A DNA stretch of 32,000 bases, taken from Thermodesulfobacteriota bacterium. GTDB taxonomy: Bacteria > Desulfobacterota > WTBG01 > JAGOGO01. How positions within the stretch are numbered: position 1 is the stretch's first letter; each line of letters opens with the position of its first letter. This document shows positions 1 through 9,510 of this stretch, piece by piece. The position numbers and the translations under genes are program-made. The notes beneath the pieces were generated by a model. That model ran no database searches. It had not been told where the DNA came from and saw only the letters and a program-made list of their open reading frames with translations. The stretch is from positions 180,001 through 212,000 of the forward strand of contig CP113000.1 of NCBI GenBank assembly GCA_026625185.1, written 5' to 3'.

Positions 1-219
1 ATTTTTCCACCCCAAAAACCCATGGCCTTGGTACCCCTCAGCCTTTCCCAGAAAAACATCTTGTAACCCGCCAAACGACTTTTTTTGGTCCTCCTCATAA
101 ACTTTTAAGACCTTCTCAATATACTCCGATGATAAAATTACATCATCATGAAAATAAAAGATGGTATCCCCCTGAGCAACCTTAGTGCCCACGTTTCGTG
201 ATTCGGTCAGAGCAGGTTT
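1..219 (-). pseudogene. Glycosyltransferase family 2 fragment, 5'-truncated; its 3' part runs off the window edge
   Basis: The frame open from 219 down to 1 reads KPALTESRNVGTKVAQGDTIFYFHDDVILSSEYIEKVLKVYEEDQKK... This matches the GT2 core (RNxG..A.GD.I.F.DDD), which normally lies ~70-80 aa into the protein. The frame starts directly after the dinB stop (220-222), so the N-terminal part is absent. The only possible start is GTG at 190-192. Confidence 0.5.
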
Positions 220-825
220 TTATTTTTTAAGTAAGGTTCCTGGAAGGATGGCGCCCTCGCCGAATTTTTCTTGAATCGCATCAATTGTCTTATGAAGTCG
301 CTTGGTTTTCTGCGCACCTGGGTGGCGAGGAAAAAGAGCGAGCTGTTTTACTTCCGAACTCGTTAAATGAGAAACCGATACCCCTAAGAGCCTTATCGGC
401 TTTCTCCCAACTTCAGTTTTTTTCAGAAGAAGATAGCAAGCCTTCGTGATTTCTCCGCCGTGGTTCGTGGGTTCTACTATAGTTAGGGAACGTGTTATCT
501 GGACAAAGTCATAGTACTTTACTTTTAACGTAATGGTCTTTCCCCGCAATCCTTCTTTTCGCAAGCGCCGACCTACTTTAGTAGATAGGGAAAGAATTTC
601 TCGCTTGGCTATTTCCTCGTCAATGACATCTTCCGCAAAGGTCTCTTCCTGGCCGATTGATTTAACCTCATCTTCTATTTCAACCTCACGTTCATCTATT
701 CCCCGGGAAAGCAGGTGGAGGTGGAGTCCCATTAACCGATTTCCATTTCAAGCTGGGATTATCTATTAACTCCACTGAAGCATAGAAGGCATCCATATCC
801 AGATGGATTATTTTTTGGGTTCCAT
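220..825 (-). pseudogene. dinB: DNA polymerase IV (DinB) remnant with a ~200-aa internal deletion and a start-proximal frameshift
   Basis: The N-terminal signature KIIHLDMDAFYASVELIDNPSLK is encoded at 746-814. The C-terminal half (MGLHLHLLSRGIDEREV..KSIGQEETF..IRLLGVSVSHL, 220-732) is in another frame. Together they give ~200 codons versus ~350-400 for intact Pol IV, so the palm/fingers region is missing. The only ATG (823-825: ATG GAA CCC AAA AAA TAA) is one base out of frame with the DMDAF segment at an A6 run (811-816). Confidence 0.7.
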
Positions 826-845
826 TTTCGTTCCATAAATAGTAA

Positions 846-2573
846 TCAGACCGCGGCACAAAGAAGTTCCCGGTCTTTAAACCGCACATACCCGCTATGA
901 GTAATGCGAAGATGAGGGATAGCAGCAGTCCCAAGAACATCAATCGTAAGGAGCGGGTTTGCCCAGGGCACCCCATTACCCTGCAAAGCGGTTTCAAGTT
1001 TTTTAATCTCTTTCCCTAACACCTCCATGGGTTTTAAAGAGGCCATACCGCACAGAGGAGCTGGAAATTCAGCAATCACTTCATTGCCAATAGCATACAC
1101 TGCTCCGCCGTTAATTTCTTGTAATCTTCCCACGACGGTCTCCATGGATTGCCGGTCACATCCTGCAATGATCATATCAACTGAATCCCAGCAAATGGTG
1201 GAACCACATGCTCCTCGTTGCAAACCAAAGCCCTTAAGAAAACCCAGGAATTTCTCTCCGCTTCCAAGCCGGTTTAAGGCAAGAAGCATGATAACATCCC
1301 GGGCTGTTTCCGGGTCTTTCAAATCCACCACCCGTTCTCTGGTAACTAACCCCGTAACAAGATCCATAACCCGGACCTTCCCTTCTTGAGGTCTCATCGG
1401 GAAGTCAAAGCCATTCAAGGCAACTGTGTGAAACATATACTCAGGGCAGGAAACCTTTTTTGGTTCGGTCAGGTTGCGGCCATACTGAAAAATTATTTTT
1501 CCATTACACATAACTATTTGAGGTGAATATTCCTTTGGTGAAGGTATGAGCACTATATCAGCCATTTTTCCGGGAGCAAGAGACCCGATAAAGTTATCCA
1601 GATGGAAATGTTCAGCTACATTAATCGTTACCATCTGAAAAGCCACTTCCGGCGGAACACCAAGACTGAGAGCTTTTTTCAGCCCGGCATCAAGAAACCC
1701 TTTTCTGATGAATCCTTCGGGATCCGAGCCGTCAGTGGTTAATGTTAATTTTCGAAAATCAATATCCTTGGTGAAAATATTTTTTATTGCCTCGAGCTCT
1801 TCCCTTACAGCGCCTTCCCGGATCATTACCCAATACCCAAGCCGCAGTCTTTCCAAAACCTCCTCTTCTGTGGTCGCTTCATGACAGGAGGAAACGCCAA
1901 AATTGGTATATGCCTGAAGCCTTTTCCCTTTTGCGCCCGCAGAATGCCCCTCAATCGGCTTCCCCAGAGCCAATCCTAGGTCCGCCAGTTCTCTTACCCG
2001 CTCTCCCTGCGGGCCATCTAAAAACAGATTGCCCCAATAAATTTCACCCACTCCAACACATTGGGATTTCTTCAAAAGTGGCAGGAGCTCTTCATTCGAA
2101 GGAATGTTCGTTTCCTCAGAGGAGGTGAGTCCACAGTGCGGACTGACCGTATAGTAAAACCGTATTGGCTGGCCTTCAAGACCTTTTACAAAACACTCAA
2201 TGCCATCCTTCCCAACGATAGTGCAAATTCCAATGGTTTCGGTAATAACAGTAGTAACGCCCGAAGGGATGACATACCGTACAAACTCTTCGATACCACA
2301 GCGGTTCATCACGTGGGCGTGCCCTTCAATAAGGCCGGGGAGAAGAACCATCGCCTGCGCATCAAGGATGGTCGTCTCCCGATCCCGGTTAAAGTCAGTT
2401 TCCGGGCCCACATAGGCAATCATTCCATCTTTTATCCAGACCGACTGTCCCTTTATAAACTCCCGGGTGAAAACATTAAAGATGGTAGCATTGGTTATTG
2501 CCGTATCAAGAGGTATAATGCCTAAAACCACGTCGCTAAGGATTTTGCTTTTCCATTTAATCTCGTATTCCAT
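846..2573 (-). CDS. ade: Adenine deaminase-like amidohydrolase
   Basis: Long ORF of the size and layout of AdeC-type adenine deaminases (~576 aa), with the N-terminal beta-sandwich and the metal motif LPGLIEGHAHV. I moved the start to ATG 2571-2573, which has GGAAGGA 8 nt upstream, rather than the ORF-track start at 2645. Confidence 0.65.
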   Translation of the reverse strand: MEYEIKWKSKILSDVVLGIIPLDTAITNATIFNVFTREFIKGQSVWIKDGMIAYVGPETDFNRDRETTILDAQAMVLLPGLIEGHAHVMNRCGIEEFVRYVIPSGVTTVITETIGICTIVGKDGIECFVKGLEGQPIRFYYTVSPHCGLTSSEETNIPSNEELLPLLKKSQCVGVGEIYWGNLFLDGPQGERVRELADLGLALGKPIEGHSAGAKGKRLQAYTNFGVSSCHEATTEEEVLERLRLGYWVMIREGAVREELEAIKNIFTKDIDFRKLTLTTDGSDPEGFIRKGFLDAGLKKALSLGVPPEVAFQMVTINVAEHFHLDNFIGSLAPGKMADIVLIPSPKEYSPQIVMCNGKIIFQYGRNLTEPKKVSCPEYMFHTVALNGFDFPMRPQEGKVRVMDLVTGLVTRERVVDLKDPETARDVIMLLALNRLGSGEKFLGFLKGFGLQRGACGSTICWDSVDMIIAGCDRQSMETVVGRLQEINGGAVYAIGNEVIAEFPAPLCGMASLKPMEVLGKEIKKLETALQGNGVPWANPLLTIDVLGTAAIPHLRITHSGYVRFKDRELLCAAV

Positions 2574-3026
2574 GATCAACATCCTTCCCTTCAAAGGGAC
2601 CGGCTCAGTGAGGCAAGCCGGCAAAAATATTCCCCTTTCGTGCATTTATTGGTGAACTTATGAAATTACCTAATTTTTTTATTGGGTGATACTACTAATT
2701 TGTAACCTAAAGTACATTCAGATAAATTTATTTAAAATTATTATTCTATTTTTACTATCTTAAATCAAGAGGAAATCAAAAGACCGTTTTTTTAATAAGT
2801 TACCCGGCATCACCCGCTCATCCTTTATTATTGATGAAACCGTAAAATTATTGCGCTCTGGTATAAAATCAGTCCGCTCGACACCGTGCCCGAGGCATTA
2901 AAAGTGCTGGAAAATTAATCCGCAGAAGTAAAAGGATAAAATAAACTCTTTGAAATCAATGGCTTTTGCCTTAGCGGCAGTAGTTCCGTTTGTGCTGATC
3001 TTATGTCTGGTTTTCAAGAGGTGAGG

Positions 3027-3455
3027 TCATGGCTTTGTACTATCCAAAAGCTCCGTCTCGTCGAGCTTCCAGAGACCATCTTCCAGGACCAGATGTTCTA
3101 TGTTGTGCTCTATCAACCCATTTTTATTACATTCGTCCCGGGAATTGACAACACTGTTCACTTGGGCTTCTTGCCCCGAAACCAGTCCGGGAGTGGCGGA
3201 AACCTCAGTAATCGCTACCTTACCAAATTCAAACATTTTTTTCGTAGTCTCAGCCCACTCTTCCTTGCTTTTATCATTGAGCATTTCCCGAGAAACGCAC
3301 TCAGAAGCCCCTTTGTAGTCTTGGTTTTGCAAGGCATGATAATACTTAAGAACTACCTCACAAGGAGTCAAGCTACCGCTCCAGGCCGCATTCAGGAAAA
3401 AAACAATCAAAGAAAATACCGCTGCCAAAGTAATGCTCCATTTAAATCTTTTCAT
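3027..3455 (-). CDS. Secreted NTF2-like/DUF4878-like small protein
   Basis: Start at ATG 3453-3455 with GGAGG 5 nt upstream. The N-terminus MKRFKWSITLAAVFSLIVFFLNAAWS looks like a signal peptide. It is followed by PCEVVLKYYHALQNQDYK, typical of NTF2-like/DUF4878 proteins. Confidence 0.55.
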   Translation of the reverse strand: MKRFKWSITLAAVFSLIVFFLNAAWSGSLTPCEVVLKYYHALQNQDYKGASECVSREMLNDKSKEEWAETTKKMFEFGKVAITEVSATPGLVSGQEAQVNSVVNSRDECNKNGLIEHNIEHLVLEDGLWKLDETELLDSTKP

Positions 3456-3875
3456 AATGCCTCCCTCATGAAAAATTTGTATTGTCAAACACCTCATCAG
3501 CAACAGTACGCCTCTTCCGCCACCTTCGGTTACTATTAAACCATAAAAAGCGACAGGACACAATTTTTAACCAAAAACCAATGGCTTTCCATCTTCCGCC
3601 TCAGACGCTATCTGGGTCGGAAGGCGCCAAGTTTGGGAAAATTTATAGCGATAAATCTGACCATTAAGTATGATGAAAAGATAGGGACGGGTTACCGCAT
3701 TAAAGTGAGCGGTTTTACCAAAAAAAATGGTTCAAGTCCTGTTTGTTTCAAACCAACAGCATAGATGAAATGGTTACTTGACAATTTTCCCAATTTCAAT
3801 TAAGGATATACCCAAGCGCGCAGTGCGTTGAAAAATTACTAAAAAGGTGTTTGAAAATTTTTTTTGGAGAAACCG

Positions 3876-4655
3876 ATGACCTACGAAATTGAAGAAAAGA
3901 TCAATCTTATTGCGAAATGGATAAAAGACCATGACCGGGTAGTCATTTTTACCGGCGCGGGTGTAAGCACGGAATCAGGAATTCCGGATTTTAGAAGTCC
4001 GGGCGGAATTTGGGAGCGTTTTGATCCCAATGAGTTTCTTTTTGATAAATTTTTAGCCAGTGAAAAAGCCCGGAGAAATTACTGGCAGCTTCATACGGAG
4101 ATTTACTATACTATCCTTAAGGCCAAGCCAAACCCCGCTCACCTGGCATGTGTGGCGTTAGACCGGATGGGGAAGTTAGACTGTGTGATTACCCAAAATA
4201 TTGATAACCTCCACCAGAATGCCGGGCTCCCCCGGGAGAAAGTGATCGAGCTTCACGGAAACGCCCTTAAGGTCACGTGTCTTTCCTGTAAAAAAGAATA
4301 CGACCGCAAAGATATTCAGCAACGAGTCGAAGGTGGCGAAAGTGACCTCCGGTGTGATGACTGTAAGGGGCTTCTCAAGCCGGCCACTATCGCCTTTGGC
4401 CAGCCTATGCCTTTTAAAGAAATGCACGAAGCGGAAACGCGTTCTGCTGCTGCCGAGGTTTTTTTAGCCATCGGTTCCTCATTAGTCGTGTATCCAGCGG
4501 CTTATATGCCCATTTATGCCAAACAGGGGGGCGCCAAGCTCGCTATTATCAACCTGACCCCAACCCCTTATGATCACCAGGCAGATGTGGTAGTCCAGGA
4601 AAAAGCAGGGGTGGCAATGGACATGATTTTCGAGAGCATGAAAAAACGGGTGTAA
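3876..4655 (+). CDS. cobB: NAD-dependent protein deacylase, Sir2 family
   Basis: Contains GAGVSTESGIPDFRSPGGIW, TQNIDNLH and a Zn ribbon (CLSC...CDDC). ATG at 3876 has GGAGA 5 nt upstream. The ORF-track TTG at 3864 is less likely. Confidence 0.85.
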   Translation: MTYEIEEKINLIAKWIKDHDRVVIFTGAGVSTESGIPDFRSPGGIWERFDPNEFLFDKFLASEKARRNYWQLHTEIYYTILKAKPNPAHLACVALDRMGKLDCVITQNIDNLHQNAGLPREKVIELHGNALKVTCLSCKKEYDRKDIQQRVEGGESDLRCDDCKGLLKPATIAFGQPMPFKEMHEAETRSAAAEVFLAIGSSLVVYPAAYMPIYAKQGGAKLAIINLTPTPYDHQADVVVQEKAGVAMDMIFESMKKRV

Positions 4656-4927
4656 GTTTTGATCACCGCAAAGACTCGCCGGTTTACTCAATGTTTATCA
4701 TTTTGTATCTTTTACCGAACGACCAATCCCAAACGACGGGGTTAACGGAATGTGATATTTTTTTGACCAAGCTTCAAGTTTCTAAATAAAATTTACGACA
4801 CCGATTCATTAAACGCTTTGTCAATTTTTATTGTTTTTATCTTTCACTCCCGGCAACTGACCAGGATCAACTGCCAACAGATATGTCCTCCAGCCGTTCA
4901 AATATTACCTCGTCCCGTCTGTTCCTT

Positions 4928-5707
4928 TTAATTTTTTTGTTTTTTGGCAGTTTTTCTCTTTGCCAAGTATTTTCCCAGAAACACGACCCCTACCGTAAAG
5001 AAAATTTCTACTGAGTACTGCAGAACGGCAATCGGAAGCAATCCCGGTTTCCCATGTGAGACAACGGTTCTCACCAGTCCGTTATTTACTCCGTGAAGCA
5101 GATTTACTACCCACGAATCGGTAATCATCATTTCGCCCCCCACCCTTCCAAGCACAGCTGCGCCAAGAAGAATAATGATGGGCAATTTATCCATAAGCAT
5201 GGAAAGCAGGTTGCTCGTGAAAATCACAAAAGGGATGCTCAGGGCGAGTCCGAAAACAAGCAAAAACAAATTTCCCTGCGATGCTCCGGCAACCGCCAGC
5301 ACATTGTCCGTGGACATGGTGACATCGGCAATCACAATAAGCTTTATCGCCTGCCAGATGTTCTTTGCTTCCTTGTCCGGAGTTTCATCGCCACCTCCCT
5401 CAACCAAAAGTTTGACCGCAATCCATACAATGAGGGCTCCGCCGCCAAGTTTCAAGAATTTTATCTGCAGCAACTGAGAGACAAAAAAAGTCAGCACCAC
5501 CCGCAATACCACCGCTGCACCGGCTCCGAAGAGGATTCCTTTAAATCGCTGGCTTTTGGGAAGCATCCGCACCGCCATGGCGATAATCACCGCATTGTCT
5601 CCGGCTAAAACCAGATCAATCAAAACAATACTCAAAAGACCGGTAAAAAATTTCACATCCAAGGTAATAAAGCTACCAAGTGATCCTAGTGTTCCTACAT
5701 CCACCAA
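4928..5707 (-). CDS. TerC/YjbE-family integral membrane protein
   Basis: Polytopic membrane protein with DLVLAGDNAVIIAMAV and the repeated MSTDNVLAVAGA motif. The start is ambiguous: TTG 5707 or GTG 5704, the latter with AAGAGG upstream. Confidence 0.8.
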   Translation of the reverse strand: MVDVGTLGSLGSFITLDVKFFTGLLSIVLIDLVLAGDNAVIIAMAVRMLPKSQRFKGILFGAGAAVVLRVVLTFFVSQLLQIKFLKLGGGALIVWIAVKLLVEGGGDETPDKEAKNIWQAIKLIVIADVTMSTDNVLAVAGASQGNLFLLVFGLALSIPFVIFTSNLLSMLMDKLPIIILLGAAVLGRVGGEMMITDSWVVNLLHGVNNGLVRTVVSHGKPGLLPIAVLQYSVEIFFTVGVVFLGKYLAKRKTAKKQKN

Positions 5708-5830
5708 TAACCTCTTTTGCTATGAATTATTGCCCCTATAGTTTTAATTTTTATTCCCTATTTCAAACCACAAGCCAGGGCAAAAAAAATCCAAGCAAGA
5801 ACTACACCTCACTCATAGACCGCATATTGA

Positions 5831-6925
5831 TTAAAAATTGAATTTAAAGGTGATGATATCGCCATCGCAAACCTCATAGTCGCGCCCCTCTAAGGCAACC
5901 ATTCCTTTTTCGCGGGCCGCGGGTAATGATCCGGCAACAATAAAATTTTTATAGTTAATCACCTCGGCCTTTATAAAACCTTTTTCCATATCCGAATGAA
6001 TTTTGCCCGCCGCTTCGGGGGCCTTTGTGCCTTGCACTACGGTCCACGCTCTTAATTCCTTGCTCACGACCGTATAAAAAACAATAAGGTTAAGCAGATG
6101 ATACCCTTCGGCCACAAGCATTTCTAAACCGGATTGTGGCAGCCCATATTCCTTAAGAAATTCTTTTTTTTCCTCTTCTCCCAGGTCTTCGAGTTCAGCT
6201 TCTAATTTTCCACAAATGGCAACCACTGGGGACTTTTCCTCGGCAGCAACCTGGATCACTTTTGCCCGGTAAGTTTCCTCTTCTTTGCTTTTGTTTTCTG
6301 ATATATTGGCAACATATAAAACCGGCTTGGAAGTAAGCAGCTGTGGGTCTTTTAACCCTTTCGTCAATCCCGCAAGCGTGGGCATGCCCCGCACCGGAAT
6401 CCCGTTATTGAGACCCGCTTCGATTTCTTTCAGTATTTCCAATTCCTCCCGATACCCTTTTTCACCAACCCTCGCCAGTTTTTCGATTTTGGTTATCCTC
6501 CGCGACACTATTTCGAGGTCAGCCAGCAAAAGTTCGGTATTCACCATATCGATATCCCGGCGAGGATCGATCGTTTCTCCTGGGTGGGAAACATTTTCAT
6601 CTTCAAAGCATCGAACCACATGAAGCAGGGCATCAACATTGCGAATATGGCTTAAAAACTGATTACCCAATCCTTCTCCCTGGCTGGCTCCTTTCACTAA
6701 ACCGGCAATATCCCAGATCTCCAACGTGGCCGGAATAGTTTTCTTTGGCTGGATAAGTCGGGCAATTTCCTTTAGACGGAGATCGGGGACAGGTGCTATC
6801 CCCTGATGAGGCTGAATGGTGGAAAAGGGATACGAAGCAACTTCTGCTTTAGCAGCAGTGAGGGCATTGAAAATAGTTGACTTGCCCGCATTGGGCAAGC
6901 CAACTATTCCACATTTAAAACCCAT
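5831..6925 (-). CDS. ychF: Ribosome-binding ATPase YchF
   Basis: MGFKCGIVGLPNAGKSTIFNALT P-loop and a full-length (364 aa) YchF/OLA1 layout with a TGS-like C-terminus. Confidence 0.95.
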   Translation of the reverse strand: MGFKCGIVGLPNAGKSTIFNALTAAKAEVASYPFSTIQPHQGIAPVPDLRLKEIARLIQPKKTIPATLEIWDIAGLVKGASQGEGLGNQFLSHIRNVDALLHVVRCFEDENVSHPGETIDPRRDIDMVNTELLLADLEIVSRRITKIEKLARVGEKGYREELEILKEIEAGLNNGIPVRGMPTLAGLTKGLKDPQLLTSKPVLYVANISENKSKEEETYRAKVIQVAAEEKSPVVAICGKLEAELEDLGEEEKKEFLKEYGLPQSGLEMLVAEGYHLLNLIVFYTVVSKELRAWTVVQGTKAPEAAGKIHSDMEKGFIKAEVINYKNFIVAGSLPAAREKGMVALEGRDYEVCDGDIITFKFNF

Positions 6926-6998
6926 TTATTTCCTTTTAACGAGTTCTTTGTAAATCAAACTCCCGTAAATCACGAAGCATTTTGCGTTACCAAAATTA

Positions 6999-9461
6999 CT
7001 ATACCTTCGGTATCCGCATGCGATAAAAGGATCTCCAAACAAAAATTAACGCGATAACAAAAAAGATCGAGCCTACCCAGCCGGCTTTGCCCAGCATACC
7101 CGGAGCAATGGCAATCTCCATCGCCAACAGCCCAAACAGGGTGGTGAACTTAATGATCGGGTTCAAGGCTACCGATGACGTGTCCTTATAAGGATCCCCC
7201 ACGGTATCACCAATAACCGTGGCCGCATGCAGATCAGTGCCTTTTTCCCGCAAATCAACTTCTACCACCTTCTTAGCATTGTCCCAGCAGCCGCCGGCAT
7301 TGGCCATGAAGAAGGCCTGGAAGAGACCGAAAACGGCGATGGACAGCAGGTAGCTGACGAAGAAAGAAATGGGGGCACCCGCAAAAATCTTCTCTTGACC
7401 GGTTAACGTGGCCATATCGCCAGTAGGTGCGGCGAAGAAGGCAAAGGCCAAAGCAAAAGAGAAGATGGCGATGAAAATGTTGATCATACCCTTCTGGGCA
7501 TATTGCGTGCAGATCTTTACCACTTCTTTGGAGCTTTCCGTGGAAGCGCTTAAGGAGGCACTGTCATCAAGTTTGATATTATTCTTGATATATTGAACCG
7601 CCCGGTAAGCGCCGGTGGTGACTGCCTGGATGGAAGCGCCAGTGAACCAGTAGATGACCGCACCGCCGCAGATCAAGCCGAGCAGGGTGTAGGGATTGAG
7701 CAAATTGAGGATAGATTCCGGCTCTACTTGGAGCTTCGTTTTAATGAGCAGGATGAGCGAGAAGATCATGGTGGTGGCTCCGACAACGGCCGTACCGATA
7801 AGAACCGGTTTCGCGGTGGCTTTGAAGGTGTTGCCGGCGCTGTCATTTTCCTCAAGATACTGTTTGCCAACATCAAAGCGCGGTTTAAAGCCGTAGTCCT
7901 TCTCGATTTCTTTTTCCACATTGGGAATGGATTCAATCAGGGAAAGCTCGTACACGCTCTGGGCGTTGTCCGTAACCGGACCATAGCTGTCGACCGCGAT
8001 GGTGACCGGTCCCATGCCCAGCATGCCGAAAGCCACCAGACCGAAGGCAAAGACCGACGGATAGATCATGAATTCGGCCAGTCCCATGGTACTGGTTATG
8101 TAGGCGATGAACATGAGCCCGAAGACCGCCATGCCGAGCCAGAAGGCGCTAAAGTTACCGGCCACCAGACCGGAGAGAATATCGAGAGAGGCGCCGCCTT
8201 CACGGGCCGCGGTAACGACCTCTTCGCAATGTTTGGACTTGGAGCTGGTGAAGATCTTGACAAACTCCGGAATGACAGCCGCGGCGAGCGTACCGCAACT
8301 GATGATGACCGAAAGCTTCCACCACAGGCCATTGGGAAGGGCGCCCAGCTGCCATTTGCTCGCGGCAAAGGTTACGGCGATGGAAACGAGCGACGTAATC
8401 CAGACCAAAGTGGTCAGTGGGTGCTCGAAATCAATCTTCTCCTTACCCCCCTGGGTGGCGCTGGTGAGGACACCATTGATCCAGTAGGAGCCAATGGACG
8501 TGACGATCATAAGGACACGCATGACGAATACCCAGACCAGGAGCTCAGCTTGAAAAGCCTGATAGTCCGTACCCTTAGTACAGGCCAACACGATGAAGCT
8601 GATGATGGCAACACCGGTAACGCCATAGGTTTCAAAACCGTCCGCGGTGGGACCCACGCTGTCGCCCGCGTTATCACCGGTACAGTCAGCGATAACACCA
8701 GGGTTGCGCGGGTCGTCTTCCTTGATGGTGAAGACGATCTTCATCAGGTCGGAACCGATATCGGCGATCTTGGTAAAAATACCGCCGCAGATACGCAGGG
8801 CCGAAGCGCCCAGTGATTCGCCGATGGCGAAACCGATAAAGGCGGCACCGGCCACGTTGCGTGGCAGGAACACGAGAATAATGAGCATCATGATAAGTTC
8901 GACGCAGACCAGCAGCACGCCGATGGACATGCCGGCGGTCAGGGGAATGTCGAGGAGTTTGCTCGGTTTGCCTTCCAGCGAAGAGAAGGCCATTCGGCTG
9001 TTGGCCAAAGTGTTCATGCGAATGCCAAACCAAGCCACGCCGTAGGAGCCCAGGATACCAACGACGGAGGAGGCCAGAACAATGGCCACGTCCCCGAGGG
9101 GCATCTCTGACAACACGCGGAAATAATAAAAGATACAGATGCCGATGATGATCTCCAGGCCTAACAGGAATTTGCCCTGCTGGATCAGATACGTCTTACA
9201 GGTCTGGAAGATGATCTCCGAGACATCCAGCATGCTCTTGTGGGACGGAATCTTCTTGACCTTGGTATACATATACACGCCGAAAAACATGCCCAAGATA
9301 CAAATCAAAAATCCCCAATACAGCAGGCCATTCTGAGCCGGACTAAGATCCGGAATTTTCAGGTCTGCTTCACTGGCAAAAAGCGGGGTTGCCATAGAGA
9401 AACAAAGCAGGCTAAGAATAATAATGTTTGCGAAACGGATCATCTTTTCTCGTGAAACCAT
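6999..9461 (-). CDS. hppA: Membrane-bound proton-translocating pyrophosphatase
   Basis: 820-aa polytopic protein with GVIADCTGDNAGDSVGPTADGFETYG, CWDNAKKVVE and GDTVGDPYKDTSSVALNPIIKF. ATG 9459-9461 follows AAGGAG. The motif reads GNTFKA (Lys at the A/K position), which tentatively suggests the K+-independent class. Confidence 0.95.
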   Translation of the reverse strand: MVSREKMIRFANIIILSLLCFSMATPLFASEADLKIPDLSPAQNGLLYWGFLICILGMFFGVYMYTKVKKIPSHKSMLDVSEIIFQTCKTYLIQQGKFLLGLEIIIGICIFYYFRVLSEMPLGDVAIVLASSVVGILGSYGVAWFGIRMNTLANSRMAFSSLEGKPSKLLDIPLTAGMSIGVLLVCVELIMMLIILVFLPRNVAGAAFIGFAIGESLGASALRICGGIFTKIADIGSDLMKIVFTIKEDDPRNPGVIADCTGDNAGDSVGPTADGFETYGVTGVAIISFIVLACTKGTDYQAFQAELLVWVFVMRVLMIVTSIGSYWINGVLTSATQGGKEKIDFEHPLTTLVWITSLVSIAVTFAASKWQLGALPNGLWWKLSVIISCGTLAAAVIPEFVKIFTSSKSKHCEEVVTAAREGGASLDILSGLVAGNFSAFWLGMAVFGLMFIAYITSTMGLAEFMIYPSVFAFGLVAFGMLGMGPVTIAVDSYGPVTDNAQSVYELSLIESIPNVEKEIEKDYGFKPRFDVGKQYLEENDSAGNTFKATAKPVLIGTAVVGATTMIFSLILLIKTKLQVEPESILNLLNPYTLLGLICGGAVIYWFTGASIQAVTTGAYRAVQYIKNNIKLDDSASLSASTESSKEVVKICTQYAQKGMINIFIAIFSFALAFAFFAAPTGDMATLTGQEKIFAGAPISFFVSYLLSIAVFGLFQAFFMANAGGCWDNAKKVVEVDLREKGTDLHAATVIGDTVGDPYKDTSSVALNPIIKFTTLFGLLAMEIAIAPGMLGKAGWVGSIFFVIALIFVWRSFYRMRIPKV

Positions 9462-9510
9462 GTGATCTTCTCCTTTCTCATTACTAAGTGCTTAAAAAAT
9501 TAAGAGCCAT

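Noticed and set aside
692-997. 101-aa minus-strand ORF as a real protein
   Set aside because: Its first two thirds overlap the 3' end of the adenine deaminase gene in another frame. Only the segment KIIHLDMDAFYASVE... is meaningful, as the DinB N-terminus, so it is treated as part of the dinB pseudogene.
2574-2800. Purine riboswitch upstream of the adenine deaminase gene
   Set aside because: There is no UAUA...UAUGG...UUUCUACC-type three-way junction. Only two short hairpins were seen (CCGGCT/AGCCGG at ~2603-2624 and CCCT/AGGG near the SD).
2790-3000. Possible gene remnant in the ade upstream spacer (frames reading ITRSSFIIDETVKLLRSGIKSV on plus and GHGVERTDFIPERNNFTVSSIIKDERV on minus)
   Set aside because: The frames are short, without starts, and I cannot match either to a family with any confidence.
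7593-8816. 407-aa plus-strand ORF, plus several other 60-130-aa ORFs on both strands within 7400-9455
   Set aside because: It lies antisense or out of frame inside the well-supported hppA gene. The sequence is low-complexity and Arg/Gly/Asp-rich, typical of shadow ORFs created by GC-rich third positions. No SD or motif.
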